Below are positions 15,809 through 17,292 of a stretch of DNA of 17,292 nt, one piece after another. The notes beneath the pieces were generated by a model. That model searched no databases and was not told the DNA's origin. It saw only the letters and a program-made list of their open reading frames with translations. The DNA comes from Gemmatimonadales bacterium. GTDB taxonomy: Bacteria > Gemmatimonadota > Gemmatimonadetes > Gemmatimonadales > GWC2-71-9. How positions within the stretch are numbered: the first letter of the stretch is position 1; each line of letters starts with the position of its first letter. The stretch is from assembly GCA_039794085.1 (NCBI GenBank), contig JBDIWC010000070.1:1-17292 (forward strand). The letters run 5' to 3'. Both the position numbers and the translations under genes were made by a program.

Positions 15809-16923
15809 TGGACGAGGCGCAGCACGCCCGCGGCGATGCTGCCACGGATGAACGCCTCGGCGTTGCTGAGAGGAATCACCACCCCGGTTTCCGCGCGGCC
15901 GCGGGCGGCGAGCCCCTGCATGAACTCGCTGAGCGAGGCATGGTCCCAGCCGCCCTCCACCGCCTTGAACTGGCGGAGGATCTGGTCCCAGGTGCCGCGA
16001 AGGGTCAGACCACCCAGGGTGGTCACCACGTGGGTATCCTCGGTTCCCGGTCGTCGCTGCATCGCCTGCAACCCGGACAGGAGCGCGCCGAACAACTCCA
16101 ACTGGTGGGGATCCCGCAGGGTGCCGTCCTGCTGGGTGGCCTCGATCTCGGCCAGGAGATCGTCCACGGGATCGGGATCCCCCGCCAACTCGGAGATCCG
16201 GGTGAACCAGGGCACCAGTTCGGGGTCGTCGTCCGGGAGCCGGTAGATGCACTTCTTGAGTTCGATGATCCGCCAGATGGCCAGCTCTTCGACGTGGTCC
16301 TCGGGCAGGGTGCGTTCCAACTGGTACAGCGCCGCCTCGTTCTCTCCCCGATCGTAGAGCGCATTGGCCAGGTAGACTCGCGCCTCACCGTGACGCGGCT
16401 CGATCTCCAAGGCACGGCGCACCCAGTATAGCCCGTCCTCGTCCCGGCCCAACCGGTGACAGGTATAGCCGAGACACGCCGCGGCATCCGAGGAGTCGGG
16501 CTGCGCGGTGACGGCGAGATCGAAGAACCGGTGGGCCTGGACGAAATGACCTTCCCGGAAAAGCGCGCGCCCGATCTGAAGCATCAGGTCGCCGTCTTCC
16601 TGGAAGCCCAGGGTCAGAATCCGTTCGAACGCCGCAAGGGCGCGGGGAAACTCGCCGATCTTGAGCAGCGATTCCCCGGACCCGGCGAGCGCGTCCTCGT
16701 GGTCCGGGTCGAGCTGGAGAGCACGGTCGAAGGCCTGGCGGGCCCAGGCCACATCCTCACGGGCAAGCCAGGCATACGCCGTCCCGACGTGCAGGTCGAC
16801 CGCCTCGGGATAGAGGGCGAGACCATCGCGCAACAGCGCGAGTGCTTCGTCGTAACGTCCTTCGTTGTAGAGTCGATGGGCCTGTTCGTCGAATTCGTCG
16901 GAGGTACGGAACACACCCGACAT
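15805..16923 (-). CDS. Tetratricopeptide repeat protein with uncharacterised C-terminal domain
   Basis: About six TPR units (GRYDEALALLRDGLALYP, AFDRALQLDPDHEDALAG, RRALEIEPRHGEARVYLA). GGAGG RBS before ATG 16923. Confidence 0.88.
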   Translation of the reverse strand: MSGVFRTSDEFDEQAHRLYNEGRYDEALALLRDGLALYPEAVDLHVGTAYAWLAREDVAWARQAFDRALQLDPDHEDALAGSGESLLKIGEFPRALAAFERILTLGFQEDGDLMLQIGRALFREGHFVQAHRFFDLAVTAQPDSSDAAACLGYTCHRLGRDEDGLYWVRRALEIEPRHGEARVYLANALYDRGENEAALYQLERTLPEDHVEELAIWRIIELKKCIYRLPDDDPELVPWFTRISELAGDPDPVDDLLAEIEATQQDGTLRDPHQLELFGALLSGLQAMQRRPGTEDTHVVTTLGGLTLRGTWDQILRQFKAVEGGWDHASLSEFMQGLAARGRAETGVVIPLSNAEAFIRGSIAAGVLRLVQ

Positions 16924-17025
16924 CGGCTGGCCTCCTGGGCAGGTTATCTCAAGCTAAGGAACCGGCCCGGTTTTGGGAAGACCGAATTTCGCTCCCAGGA
17001 CATACCACCTCCTCCCACCGCTCAC

Positions 17026-17170
17026 CGGGTTCTGGGTATTGGGTACTGGGTAATGGGCCCACCCCCGCAGCTCCCAATACCCAACACCCAAGACCCAACA
17101 CCCAGGACATAGGGCATAGGGCATAGGACATAGGACATAGGACATAGGACATAGGACATAGGACATAGTC
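17026..17170. repeat. Heptamer hairpin element C fused to a (CATAGGA)n array
   Basis: Same head as element A, then in one 7-nt register: CCCAATA CCCAACA CCCAAGA CCCAACA CCCAGGA CATAGGG CATAGGG (CATAGGA)x6 CATAGTC. Confidence 0.95.
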
Positions 17171-17292
17171 CCTTACGGACAAGATTGAACACAAAATGGC
17201 AACAATATTTGGGGCGCCCCCCGGACACCCGCTCCGGCCGTGCGTGTGACGGCGTCTGTGACGGCATCCCACTTGGGGCTCTTCAGGGTTTC

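Noticed and set aside
2717..17170. Composite transposon or genomic island bounded by elements A and C
   Set aside because: The enclosed DNA is mainly housekeeping (glyQS, kup, pgsA-like), with no transposase, integrase or target-site duplication.
17195..17214. Sigma54 promoter at TGGCAACAATATTTGG
   Set aside because: The -12 TTGC element is absent at the required spacing.

Overview
High-GC (about 70%) bacterial chromosomal segment, almost all on the minus strand. The style of the TPR protein, the small hypotheticals and the 'CGDSPTAP' lipoprotein suggests Gemmatimonadota (inference). From right to left it carries: TPR protein - M16 zinc peptidase - CDP-alcohol phosphatidyltransferase - OsmC/YhfA - glyQ - glyS; a small convergent + strand hypothetical; hypothetical - DsbA - VKOR - kup; an SmtB/CadC-type ArsR repressor with its operator plus a ZntA/CadA P1B-ATPase; and a solitary arsC. 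The left end is an accessory, partly decayed region. It holds a 5'-truncated LAS/MepA-like Zn-peptidase tip that begins in frame right at the arsC stop codon, a coupled secreted protein (variable lower-GC N-domain, FIMAH-like helical domain, frameshifted DNRLRE/CBM96-like domain), and the start of a lipoprotein. The most notable non-coding signal is a family of intergenic 7-nt-periodic elements (CCCAAYA/TGGGTRT hairpins and CATAGGA arrays) at about 2.6-2.8, 5.4 and 17.0-17.2 kb. Two share a 57/59-identical core, and two bracket the metal-efflux module. No rRNA, tRNA, CRISPR, integrase or transposase is seen.
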